Virus record (IMG/VR): IMGVR_UViG_3300025133_000066
Location: 14,291 to 78,290 of that record
DNA length: 64,000 bases
Reading direction: 5' to 3' (one strand)
Source: a virus
Notes under the pieces: generated by a model
Databases searched by the model: none
What the model saw: only the letters and a program-made list of their open reading frames with translations
Told to the model about the DNA's origin: nothing
Program-made: the position numbers and the translations under genes
Shown: positions 7,128-16,900 of the stretch, piece by piece
Layout: the number at the start of each line of letters is the position of its first letter
Numbering within the stretch: position 1 is the first letter of the stretch

Positions 7128-9090
7128 CTATTTGAATCTCCAAGTTTTCTAATTCTGCGACTAAATCTTTAACTCTTGAGCTTGCTTCAAACAAAAGAGC
7201 TTCTTCTTTATTATAATTAGGTTGTTTAGTTTCGTAAATACCCCGAGAAAGACCCATTAAATTTTCCATTCCCGGTACTATCTCTTTTGACTTTGGGAAT
7301 GCTATGGCTGTATAGTTTTGTTCTCTCCCATTTCGGCCGTCGTGTCCCCTTAATTCTTTGGGAACATATCTCTTTCCTTTGGCCTTTTTTCCTAAAGAAT
7401 TTTTAGTATATCGGCGGTTTCTATCGTCACGATCATCATTTCGCTTCGCTGGGGCTGCCAAAAGGGGGCCTCCCCCCTCTTCACCGCCAAGGTCTTCACC
7501 GCCGCCGAGATCGCCAAGATCCCCGCCGCCAAGATCCCCAAGGTCTTCACCGCCGCCAAGATCCCCAAGATCACCGCCGCCAAGATCCCCAAGATCACCG
7601 CCGCCGAGATCCCCAATCCCTCCAGCAGCGGCTTCGCCGGCAGATTCTGCTGCGGCATTAAGTTCTGCTTCATATTTTCTATCGTGGAACATTTCTCTTT
7701 GGTTTCTAACAAACTCCTCTTCGGAAAGACTAAAAATGTTTTGAGCAATCCAACGACGGCTAAAAAAGTTTTCGGTGGCGCCGCTGGCAATATCAAATTT
7801 TGATTTCCAGTGCTCCAATTCTTGAAGTTCGGCAATTTTGGATGGATTATTTAACTTTAATCGGAAACTTACTAAATCATCGCCTCTAAATCCCAAAGTA
7901 TATAAATGAACGATTCCAATCTTTTCCAACTCGGCAATAACAGAGCGCTGTAGTCTTTGGATGGTTCTTGCGAAGCGAACATCTTTTTGTGCAAGTGTTG
8001 TCCTATCCTCCACACTTTCTGTATCACTTGACAAATATGCGGACGGTATCTTTATCGCAGAGAACATTTTGTCTCGAAGATATTTCACATCATCAATATC
8101 ACCAGTAAATTGACCGCCAGGAAGTGACTCAATTTTAGATGATTCTCCTCCTCTAATTGGAACAAAATAGTCTTCTTCAACCGAAAGAGGGTTATATCTC
8201 AAATCGACTCTTCCCGTATTCGCATCAACAACCTGATTTCGTTTCATAGATGTAATTGTCTTTTGAATGAAGGTTTCTACATCTTGCGGGGCAATATTTC
8301 CGACATCGATATAAAAAACTCTTCGTTCTGCTGAACGGACAATCCGATAAGCCATCATTGCATCTTCCATAAGAACCAACTGACGCCAAATACGTCGAGC
8401 AGATTCCATCACGGAGGTACCATATGGGGAATATTTGTCATTTCCAAGTATTCGGAAATGAGCAATTTGCCAATTTTCAAAAGTCATACCAGCAGAGTTC
8501 CACTGGTATTGGACGTAGTTTGGATTAGTAGGATCTTCGCCTTCCATCCTTTCAATCTCTTTCAGTGGGATTGGGATGACAGATTTTACACCGATACGGT
8601 CATCAATATCCATATAAAGAATAAAATCTCCGAATTTGCACATTGAGCGACACCATCCAAACAAATTATGATTAATATTTAAAACATTTTCATAAAGAGA
8701 GCGAAGAACCGCTTTGATTTCTTCGTTTGGGCACTCAATATCCATCATAGGAGAAAGAGCAGAGTGTGTTGTCATTTCATCAGCATAAATATCCATTGCG
8801 GAGGCCAATTCTGGCATATATTCCATTTGTTCATAATCAATATATCTCTCGGCTCTATTTTGTTGAGCCATGATCTTCGAATGCATGACATCAAAGGGGC
8901 TATATTCTGATTTTTTAAATTGTTGACCACTTGCTGATCTGAAATCTGTTGAATATTTGTCAAGCGCCGTTCTTCGAATCTTTCGATTCATCTGGGTACG
9001 CCAGTTTACGATTGGACCCGAAAATAATCTCGTTAATCTCCTAAAAAGTTCTGATTGTGAGTTATTGGGGTTTTTCTTTTGGTCGGCCAT
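7108..9090 (-). CDS. Portal vertex protein (T4 gp20-like) with long C-terminal extension
   Basis: Motifs LMEDAMMAYRIVRSAERRVFYIDVGN, EEDYFVP.RG, LPGG, DVKY and DVRFARTIQRLQ. Confidence 0.95.
   Translation of the reverse strand: MADQKKNPNNSQSELFRRLTRLFSGPIVNWRTQMNRKIRRTALDKYSTDFRSASGQQFKKSEYSPFDVMHSKIMAQQNRAERYIDYEQMEYMPELASAMDIYADEMTTHSALSPMMDIECPNEEIKAVLRSLYENVLNINHNLFGWCRSMCKFGDFILYMDIDDRIGVKSVIPIPLKEIERMEGEDPTNPNYVQYQWNSAGMTFENWQIAHFRILGNDKYSPYGTSVMESARRIWRQLVLMEDAMMAYRIVRSAERRVFYIDVGNIAPQDVETFIQKTITSMKRNQVVDANTGRVDLRYNPLSVEEDYFVPIRGGESSKIESLPGGQFTGDIDDVKYLRDKMFSAIKIPSAYLSSDTESVEDRTTLAQKDVRFARTIQRLQRSVIAELEKIGIVHLYTLGFRGDDLVSFRLKLNNPSKIAELQELEHWKSKFDIASGATENFFSRRWIAQNIFSLSEEEFVRNQREMFHDRKYEAELNAAAESAGEAAAGGIGDLGGGDLGDLGGGDLGDLGGGEDLGDLGGGDLGDLGGGEDLGGEEGGGPLLAAPAKRNDDRDDRNRRYTKNSLGKKAKGKRYVPKELRGHDGRNGREQNYTAIAFPKSKEIVPGMENLMGLSRGIYETKQPNYNKEEALLFEASSRVKDLVAELENLEIQIDENETQ
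7481..7620 (-). repeat. GC-rich tandem repeat encoding (GDLGGG[E]DL)n in the portal tail
   Basis: Repeated units such as ccgccgccaagatccccaagatca on the plus strand. Confidence 0.9.
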
Positions 9091-9093
9091 TCT

Positions 9094-10683
9094 TTATCCT
9101 TTTATTAACCAAGAATATTGTTCATAATCTTCTTTTGCTTTAAACATCTTCTCATCTAATGCTTCTTTTCTATTATATCCCTGCATTCCTGGGATTGTTG
9201 TATTAATTTTTGTATTAACTCTAATCATGGAATCCAAACACGCCTTTTTATATTCTAATTCTCTCTTATTAACACTCAATGCTGTATCCCTCACCCAACA
9301 ACCAATTGCTAATGCCATAATAAGGTCATCATTATATCCCCTCATCGCCTGAGGTTTGCCATTGTGCCAAATAAAAGTTCGCAATTCGTTAGAAAAGCGA
9401 ACCGAATATACTTTAATTAGTTTGTTTCTAATGAATTCTTCTAATTTTGCAACGATAAGAGGTCGGGTTTTTAAAGATGTTGTAAATCCTGGGACAGCAG
9501 AGTTGTTCGTTGCTCCCTGGTGGCTATCTACATATTCATGGGTACCCTTTATCGAATAATATAAATTCGGATATTGCAACTCAATTAATTTTTCCAAAAC
9601 GGAAATGCCAATGCCAACATTTTCAACAACCAACAAACAATTACCATATTCTTTGCCAGCCTGCATTAAAATGCTGGAATACATATCTAAACTGGGTTTT
9701 CCTTGATACTCTGCTATAACTTCCATTGTATCTAATTTGATGATGTGAAAAACAGAATAATCTGCCCCATCTCCTCTTGCGACATCGGCAACAAGGAGGT
9801 AAGTGCATTCGGGATTATATTCTTCCCAAATCCACATATTTCTGTCAAAACTTGTTCTGTATTTAGGATCTTTAACGTTCGTTTCTACCCACGCGATATC
9901 ATCCGGATGAATAATTGTCTCGCCCGATGTATTGAAGTTACATTCAAGCTCCTGAGCGATCTCTCGTCTGGACATATTTCTTGTTTCTTTCTCAAACCAT
10001 TCCTGATCTCGGTCAGGGTGAACGTCCCAATTCAGCACAACGGGGTGAAAGTCGTTTGACCCCTCCGCTGCCTCGCTATATGTCTTGTGAAACCAGTTTC
10101 CAACACCATTTGGAGTAGAAAGAGCGATCACTCGACCACCAGTTGAAATTGTAGGATACAGGCCGGCCCAAAGCTCGCTTAGGTTTTCAACGTGTGCGGC
10201 CTCATCAATCACCAAAAGAGAAAGTGCTTCGGAACGACCAGCATCGCCGGAAGTTGAGGCTGCTTGAATTTGTGAACCGTTGGAAAGCTCGAAAGATGCC
10301 CTATTATCAATTGATATATTGGCGATAAGAAGAAAGTCTGGGACATTTTTCATAATTGCCTTAACTTTTTTGACAAGATTGGCCGCTGTTTTGAATTTTG
10401 TGGCCATAACAAGAATGTTCTTGTCTCTATGAAACAGCATCATCCAAACAATATAGCCAGCAGCAATAGTTGAGATGCCCAACTGGCGTGCTTTGAGGAT
10501 TACATTAAAGCGGTAATCATTAAAATCTGTTAAAAGGTCAGCCTGATAGTCATAAGTCTTAAATGGAATAAGACCTTTGATCGGGTGTGAGATTCTTGCG
10601 TAATTATTTACGAAGTAGATCGGATCTTTTCCACACTTTAGTATTTCAGCTACTATTTCCTTTTTGGAGAGTGTGTATGACAT
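9094..10683 (-). CDS. Terminase large subunit (T4 gp17-like)
   Basis: Walker A KARQLGIST, Walker B LLVIDEAA, STPNG, and nuclease motifs ADVARG.G.DYS and DDLIMA. Confidence 0.95.
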   Translation of the reverse strand: MSYTLSKKEIVAEILKCGKDPIYFVNNYARISHPIKGLIPFKTYDYQADLLTDFNDYRFNVILKARQLGISTIAAGYIVWMMLFHRDKNILVMATKFKTAANLVKKVKAIMKNVPDFLLIANISIDNRASFELSNGSQIQAASTSGDAGRSEALSLLVIDEAAHVENLSELWAGLYPTISTGGRVIALSTPNGVGNWFHKTYSEAAEGSNDFHPVVLNWDVHPDRDQEWFEKETRNMSRREIAQELECNFNTSGETIIHPDDIAWVETNVKDPKYRTSFDRNMWIWEEYNPECTYLLVADVARGDGADYSVFHIIKLDTMEVIAEYQGKPSLDMYSSILMQAGKEYGNCLLVVENVGIGISVLEKLIELQYPNLYYSIKGTHEYVDSHQGATNNSAVPGFTTSLKTRPLIVAKLEEFIRNKLIKVYSVRFSNELRTFIWHNGKPQAMRGYNDDLIMALAIGCWVRDTALSVNKRELEYKKACLDSMIRVNTKINTTIPGMQGYNRKEALDEKMFKAKEDYEQYSWLIKG

Positions 10684-10686
10684 TGT

Positions 10687-11202
10687 TTATTCTTTGGCGA
10701 ATCCGCCTTCTTTTAAGAATTTGTGGTAATTGACAGCCATCGTGTCGGTCACTGCCTCACCAAGGGTGGTAACCTGCTTCATTCCGCCAATCTTGTACAT
10801 CTTGTGTGCTGTCACAAATGTTCTCACTCTTGATGTATTCTGGACAAGGCACTTTGCTTCGCCTTGTGGAGTGATTGAGAGTGATTTTCCAGTGATAGCC
10901 TTATATTCCTTCTTCAAAAAGTCTGCGATCTGTTGAATTTTGCGTTCGCATTCTTCCTCAAAGCCAACTGCATAAACAGAAGACAGGGCAACATTTGATT
11001 CATAGTTAATTTGGAGCATGTCTCCGACAATTTTCACGCCGAAACCATCAGAAACCCGACTATCAATGATTGGGCAGCCCTCTTCCCGATTTAGACCAAT
11101 CTTTTTGACATCTCCGGTTACGAAGCGCTCGTCGTGGGATCCATCGTAGGCATTTGCTGCTGCCTGATTAATCCCTGTAATAATTTCTAATGTTGTAGCC
11201 AT
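10687..11202 (-). CDS. Hypothetical protein
   Basis: 171-aa ORF; its C-terminal NYHKFLKE resembles the ENWxxF tag. Confidence 0.7.
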   Translation of the reverse strand: MATTLEIITGINQAAANAYDGSHDERFVTGDVKKIGLNREEGCPIIDSRVSDGFGVKIVGDMLQINYESNVALSSVYAVGFEEECERKIQQIADFLKKEYKAITGKSLSITPQGEAKCLVQNTSRVRTFVTAHKMYKIGGMKQVTTLGEAVTDTMAVNYHKFLKEGGFAKE

Positions 11203-11889
11203 TTATTTAATTCCTTTTTCTTTTTTATAAGAATTGTACTGAGCCAGGTGGGCGCCGGTAAGGCCCGGGTCCTCCGGGTTTACATATTTGTTTTTGATCA
11301 TATCCTCGATATCACTCCTTTCGGAGCCGGGAGGCCTTAGGAGAATGTTCCTGATGTATTCTTCCACACTCTGACTGAACCACGCAACTTCATCTTCTTC
11401 GCGGTAGATCTGATTCAGGACTGGCAACGTTTTTGCCAGCCATGGCTCTTCTGTATATTGAGCGTCTCCTGCAAAAATCGCACGAAGGTGATTTACCATT
11501 TGTTTGGCCAATTCTTCCCCGTGGGACTCCAGATATTTCTGGACACTACCCTTGCTGTCTTCCTCTTGCACATGTACAAAAGCGTGCTCCAACTCGGAAT
11601 TGGGATCAAAAAGAGCCGGGAGTTCATCGATGATCTGGTCTTGGAAGTGTTTTTTGTCGTCGGCGAGCTTTGTGGCCACTTCGGCGTCAGCGTCGGCCTT
11701 CAATGTGCTAGCCGCAGACAAATAATCTCCCCACCCTTCTTTCATCAAATTATTAATTTCTTCTTTAACGATATTAGCTAATTGTGATTTTGTAAGCTTA
11801 ATTTTACCACGAAGGTGAGGGCGCCGAACGGAGACATTTTTGATTTCTTCCTTGATGAGTTTTCTCAACTGTGATTTCGTAAGTTTCAT
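11203..11889 (-). CDS. Hypothetical protein with two copies of the KLTKSQL..I.KEE tag
   Basis: MKLTKSQLRKLIKEEIKNV...IKLTKSQLANIVKEEINNLMKEGW, followed by a GC-richer acidic cargo. Confidence 0.75.
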   Translation of the reverse strand: MKLTKSQLRKLIKEEIKNVSVRRPHLRGKIKLTKSQLANIVKEEINNLMKEGWGDYLSAASTLKADADAEVATKLADDKKHFQDQIIDELPALFDPNSELEHAFVHVQEEDSKGSVQKYLESHGEELAKQMVNHLRAIFAGDAQYTEEPWLAKTLPVLNQIYREEDEVAWFSQSVEEYIRNILLRPPGSERSDIEDMIKNKYVNPEDPGLTGAHLAQYNSYKKEKGIK

Positions 11890-11903
11890 AATTTTTTTCC
11901 TTT

Positions 11904-12173
11904 TTATAGACTCTGAGTTAGGGCCTCTAGGACCTCTTCTTTTGTCATTCCAGATTGCAGTGCCAGAGCACCGATGGCAAGAAGAGCATCTCTAGCACTA
12001 GTCTTTGATGTCCCGAGATCTGGAAGCTCTCCAGATTCACCACCCAATTCAGCAGCCTTTCCCCAATATTTTTCTCCTTCCGTATCTCCGAAAGCGTCAG
12101 AGGGCGCGCCTTCGATAACCTTTCCAATCTCTTCTTTGATAATTTTTCTCAATTGAAATTTTGTAAGTTTCAT
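11904..12173 (-). CDS. Hypothetical protein carrying the MKLTxxQLRKIIKEE tag
   Basis: Start moved to ATG 12173 (AAGGA RBS); begins MKLTKFQLRKIIKEEIGKVIEG. Confidence 0.7.
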   Translation of the reverse strand: MKLTKFQLRKIIKEEIGKVIEGAPSDAFGDTEGEKYWGKAAELGGESGELPDLGTSKTSARDALLAIGALALQSGMTKEEVLEALTQSL

Positions 12174-12177
12174 TATT

Positions 12178-12558
12178 TTATTCCTTTTCGGGGCGCCATC
12201 CAGACTTCCACCTTTCCTCGCGACCTTCGACCCACTGAATGTAGCACTTAAAACAACAATCAAATTTTGTCATATAAACATCATCACGCGAATCAAAAGA
12301 ATAAGAACGACATGTTTGACAAATCCTATTATTGTCTTTATTAATTAGTTTTTTAGATATTAAAACTCCATCAACTTCTACTTTTTCATTATTTTCTCGA
12401 TGTTTTATTTCTTTTTTGTGTAATTCGCGGATTTGCTGCTGATAATCTTTTTCTTTTTCATCATCCCAGTCGGCTTTTGGGTGCTGTATTGCTTCTTTCC
12501 CATATTTCTTAGAAATAGCATTTTCATATTTGGCAACTTCATTTAAGTCTTTTTTCAT
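12178..12558 (-). CDS. Hypothetical protein with C-terminal Cys cluster (putative Zn finger)
   Basis: CQTC...CCFKC motif. Confidence 0.65.
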   Translation of the reverse strand: MKKDLNEVAKYENAISKKYGKEAIQHPKADWDDEKEKDYQQQIRELHKKEIKHRENNEKVEVDGVLISKKLINKDNNRICQTCRSYSFDSRDDVYMTKFDCCFKCYIQWVEGREERWKSGWRPEKE

Positions 12559-12986
12559 TTATTCACCGCATATGTTATTCCAATAGTTGCCCCGACACCA
12601 ATTGCAAAGCCTCCGATAACACCCCAAATAAGGGCGTTCTTTCCAGGCTTCTTTCGGATGATCTTGTTTAATTGCTCGATTTCTGTGTTTTTTAAAACTA
12701 ATGTTGAATTGAATCTTTCTCTTTCTGTGTCAATTGTAATATTTAGTTGATCAATTTTAAGTTGGCATTGTGCTTTTTGCTTTTGCAGTTCGAATCCGAG
12801 TTTTAAATCATATTCTTCTTTTAGAAACTTGTGATTTGCCAATAATCTGGCTGTTGCCTCGGGATCAAATAATGTTCCAGTAAAGGGTGCTGCCTTTCCT
12901 TCTTGAATAAAGGTAAATTTGCCATCGGCAGCTTGTGCTGAATTTAAAAAACCAAAAAGAAACAATAATGTGATTTTACTCCACAT
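12555..12986 (-). CDS. Secreted/membrane coiled-coil protein, possible spanin-like component
   Basis: Start at ATG 12986; signal peptide ending AQA-A, a coiled coil and a C-terminal Gly-rich TM helix; overlaps the end of the upstream gene. Confidence 0.5.
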   Translation of the reverse strand: MWSKITLLFLFGFLNSAQAADGKFTFIQEGKAAPFTGTLFDPEATARLLANHKFLKEEYDLKLGFELQKQKAQCQLKIDQLNITIDTERERFNSTLVLKNTEIEQLNKIIRKKPGKNALIWGVIGGFAIGVGATIGITYAVNK

Positions 12987-13377
12987 ATTCAAATCCAAAA
13001 GCCTCCTCAATTTCTCTGGCCAACTCCTCTGGCTGCTCGTCGAAATCTCTGATGAACTTTTTTATGTCTTTTTCTTTATTTTTGCTTAAATCGGCTACCG
13101 ACTCATTATATTTTTCTGTCAGATTTATCAGATCACGCTCAAATTTGGCTATAGCCTCTTCTCGGGCGGCCAACTCTTTTTGGTGGAGAGCTTCCAATGT
13201 TGCAATCTGCTCTTCATAGCTTGTACTCATTACATCCATCGACTTTTTGAGTGATGAATAATCATTTTTTGTTATAAAAAAGAGGATAATCATAATAACC
13301 AAGCCGACACCTTGCCAGTTTTTAATTAAGAACATGCCGACCGACTTAAATAAATCTCCAATGTTGATATTAATCAA
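12976..13377 (-). CDS. Membrane-anchored coiled-coil protein, i-spanin-like
   Basis: N-terminal TM segment (GVGLVIMIILFFI) followed by a long coiled coil. Confidence 0.5.
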   Translation of the reverse strand: MININIGDLFKSVGMFLIKNWQGVGLVIMIILFFITKNDYSSLKKSMDVMSTSYEEQIATLEALHQKELAAREEAIAKFERDLINLTEKYNESVADLSKNKEKDIKKFIRDFDEQPEELAREIEEAFGFEYVE

Positions 13378-13381
13378 TTTT

Positions 13382-13684
13382 TTATTTTATCCTTGGGTGC
13401 CATTGACGAAATATATTTTCTACTTCGTCTTCTGTAGCAGAAGGGGAAGCCCAATCAAAATTAATATCTTGAAGGTGTGTCAAAAATATATTTTTGGTGG
13501 CTATATGACCAACACTATCAGATAGTGGATTTTCACGAGAGAGTTCTATAGCTCTTTTCATAATTCCATCAACCTTGAATTTGTGTTCAAGACTGTCTCT
13601 TTCCTCTTCCTTTTCTTGATCGCTGATCATTTCATTAAGCCCCTCTTTGATGAGCCTTCTTAACTGGGATTCTGTTAACTTCAC
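13382..13684 (-). CDS. Hypothetical protein carrying the MKLTxxQLRxxIKE tag
   Basis: GTG start, MKLTESQLRRLIKEGLNEM; GGGAG RBS. Confidence 0.7.
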   Translation of the reverse strand: MKLTESQLRRLIKEGLNEMISDQEKEEERDSLEHKFKVDGIMKRAIELSRENPLSDSVGHIATKNIFLTHLQDINFDWASPSATEDEVENIFRQWHPRIK

Positions 13685-13687
13685 CTT

Positions 13688-13888
13688 TTAAACTCCCTTT
13701 AATTTAACAATCGCATCAATTACAGACTGGCCACCGATATATAGTGCACTCAGAATGAGCCAATCGCCACTATCGATATGAGAAGTAAACATAAGTCCAG
13801 TGGCGGCCGCCCAAACAAGCAATTTTCGGGAAACCATCTTTTCAAGTGCGATATCAATTACACCTTTTGCTGTTTCTACCATGATCAT
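13688..13888 (-). CDS. Small two-TM protein, putative holin
   Basis: 66 aa, SRK followed by two hydrophobic segments; AGGAGG RBS; late motif upstream. Confidence 0.55.
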   Translation of the reverse strand: MIMVETAKGVIDIALEKMVSRKLLVWAAATGLMFTSHIDSGDWLILSALYIGGQSVIDAIVKLKGV

Positions 13889-13908
13889 AAACCCTCCTTT
13901 TATACTCT

Positions 13909-13917
13909 ATAATTAGT
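13909..13917 (-). promoter_or_regulatory. Putative late promoter motif ACTAATTAT
   Basis: Intergenic, 20 nt upstream of ATG 13888. Confidence 0.6.
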
Positions 13918-13918
13918 C

Positions 13919-16900
13919 TCACTGTTCAATAAAGGCATAACCATTTTTCTTGTCAATTACAATTTGCATATCAACACAATCTTTAAGACTGTCCAGATGG
14001 GAGATAAGAAGGACTGTTTTGAAATAAGATCTAATCAAATCCAGGATATCAACAAATCCTTGCATATTTTCTTCATCTAGGGCAGTTCCTGGCTCATCAA
14101 GGATGAAGAAATCCGACTTTGGAAGAGAAGAAACACTCAACAGAGCCAAGCGAATTGCCATGGCGGCAATTGTTTTCTCGGCTCCAGACCCCATTTCTAG
14201 CGGACGAGGTTCGTGGCGTGGATGTTTGATGAAAATATCAAGTCTTTTACCGTCATCCTCGAAGAAAACCTCAAAATCAACGATATTTGCCAGGATTTTG
14301 GCAACCTCATCATTGATTACGGGTAATTTGCGCTTAATAACATCATAGGCTATCCCATTTGGGTGCATGCAGCGCAGGTAAAGATCATAAGAAGAGAATT
14401 CTTCCTGTAAATCAAGGTATTCGTTTCTCTGAGTTATCAGATTATTAACTTTTTGTTCTAAAGATCCGACAGACTTATATATATCCAGAATAGATGATGT
14501 ACACTTTTCATGATTGCTTTGAAAATTTTGTGATTTGATTTTTAAGCCTCTTAACTTTTGTGACAAATTCCCCAGATTTTCAATAATTTCCTTATTTAGT
14601 TCATATTCTGAGACCTTTTCTTCTGATATTTCTATTTCAGACATCAAGTTTTTAATGATACTAACATTTTTCTCTATTTTAAGGTCATAATTTGTTATTT
14701 TATTGGACAGTGCATTCTTTTTATTAACAATTTCATTGTATTTTCCTATATGATCTTCAACTTCATCGGGGTTAATCTCCTCAATATCGTCGTTCAGGTC
14801 ATCAATTTGCCCCGAGAGGTTCTCGGCCTCTTTTTCGTTGAGCGGAATGGTTGCTTTAGAAACATATGCATCCTTAATAAATTTACATTTGGGATGTGCG
14901 GTACCACAGGGAATTCCCTGAAGCAACTGAAGCTTGTTTTTATTTCTTTTAAGCTCTTCCTCTTCTACACTCAATGAATTTTCTAAGATTACTAGTTGAT
15001 TTAATAATTCATGAACCCTTTCCTGTTTCTCAAAGAGGGCTTTCTTATCAAATTCTCCCAAAAAAAGAAGAATCTTTCGATATTTCTCCTTATCTGCATC
15101 TCTTTCTATATAAAACTCACTATTTTGGTCTGAAACGGAGATTAATTGGTTCTTTTTGTCATTTAATTCTTGTTGAACTTTCATAACATCTATAATTTCG
15201 GCAGGAATTGACTTTATCTTTTCATTTATTTCTCCTATTTCTTTATTACATTGAGAAATGTTGAATTTGATAGTCTCGCAGTGGTGTTTTTTCCTTTCAA
15301 GATCGTTGTTGGCATTCTCAAGCTCTTCTTGTGCAAATAAAATATCGTTATTAAAGTCTCTTCCCTCTGATTTTTTTAGAGCGCCCCTAGTATCGGATGC
15401 ATCTTCTTTGGCTAATCGAAATTTATGTTCAAAAAATTCCAAATCAAGAAACTTGGCAAGAATCTCCTTTCTCTTTGTTGAACCTTCTTTAATAAAGGTA
15501 AGAGAATCGAGTTGAGAGGCCATTGATGAATAAAGAAAGTCCTCCAATGTTCCAAAAACCTTTCTAATGTTCTTGTCAGTTTGATTTCTCGTCAAACCAT
15601 TGAGGCTCTCCATATCTCCAAGTGCAGGATCATAAACTGTGAATTCTACATTTGTTTTTGCTTCCTGAGTTACAGATCCTTTTAATTTTCTAGTATATTT
15701 TTCTGAATTTCTCTCAATATAATAATCCTTATCTCCGATAGAGATCTTAACTTTACCGGATCCGACTTTTTTATTTTGATTTATAATATTTAGGTTTTTT
15801 CTGTCGTTTTTTGATGTTGAATTGAACACTGTATACAAGATTGAATCAATAATACTCGACTTTCCAGAAAAGTTCTTTCCGAAAATGCCGACGATACCCT
15901 CTAGGCTATCAAAATTAATGCTATTCCCCTCTGCATAATTAAATAAATTGCTCCATTCAATAGATCGAAGCCTCCAATTGATGTTTCGAGAGACCTCTTC
16001 GTTCTCCTCGGCAATCTTATTGTATTTTAAATTTAAATTAATGACCCTTTGCATCAATTCATCGTCAACCTCAAAATCTTTCAAGTATTCTTTAATGAGT
16101 TCCTCTTGAATTTGAATATTTCTAAGGTCTTCAGTCTCTAAACCATCTGTAATATTCTGGATATCTCCTTTTTCTCCGGTTGCTCGGTTCAAAAAGGTAA
16201 TGCTCTCTGGTTTAAACCTTCGTTTTGCCACCTCTGTTGCCTTCCTCATTACATCGAGGGGTAAATTGTTGTTTGAGACCAATCGAAGTCTAGCAGATTG
16301 CGGAATATTTTTGGCTGCACTTCTCGGCATCTTACCTTTTGGTGTCAATTCGATGGTCATGAAGGGTCTTGGGTTCTTAATATTAAAATGTTGGCAAGTA
16401 AAGTCTTCCTTACTTTGAATATCCCATAGTAAAAATCCCTTGTCGTTTGTTTCGCCGTGATTTTGTTGGATTGTGGATCCAGGATAGCGAATTTTACCTT
16501 CGGCATCAAGTCTTTGGTCAGTTTTGTGAATATCTCCCAATAAGCCGTAATCATGTCCTTCAAAAATCTCAATAGGGTGCTCTCCATGAGTCATAACCCA
16601 GCCTGTATCAGTGACAACACCGGAAACGGATCCGTGATAAAGAGCAATATTAATTTTGCTCGGATCCGAAGGTTTAACCCACCCCTCCTCATCAAAAACA
16701 GACAAAATATTTAGTGTTACATTCGCCGATAGAGGTGTTTCGCCCGATTTCTTAAGCAAATATAGGTTTGGGTGAGCTAAGGCCTCCACGATAGGTGTGA
16801 GGGCATCCTGACGGCTACTATTGCGCAGATTTCCGTCGTGATTTCCCAGAATGACGTAAGTTGGTGCGATATGAGCGAGATTACTCAAAAAATCAGAGCA

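Noticed and set aside
7481-7620. Repeat array resembling CRISPR
   Set aside because: In-frame coding tandem repeats with no unique spacers; the same applies to 63863..63925.
9094-10683. Intein or intron in terminase, portal or primase
   Set aside because: Lengths and motif spacing are normal, and no splicing or homing-endonuclease motifs were seen.
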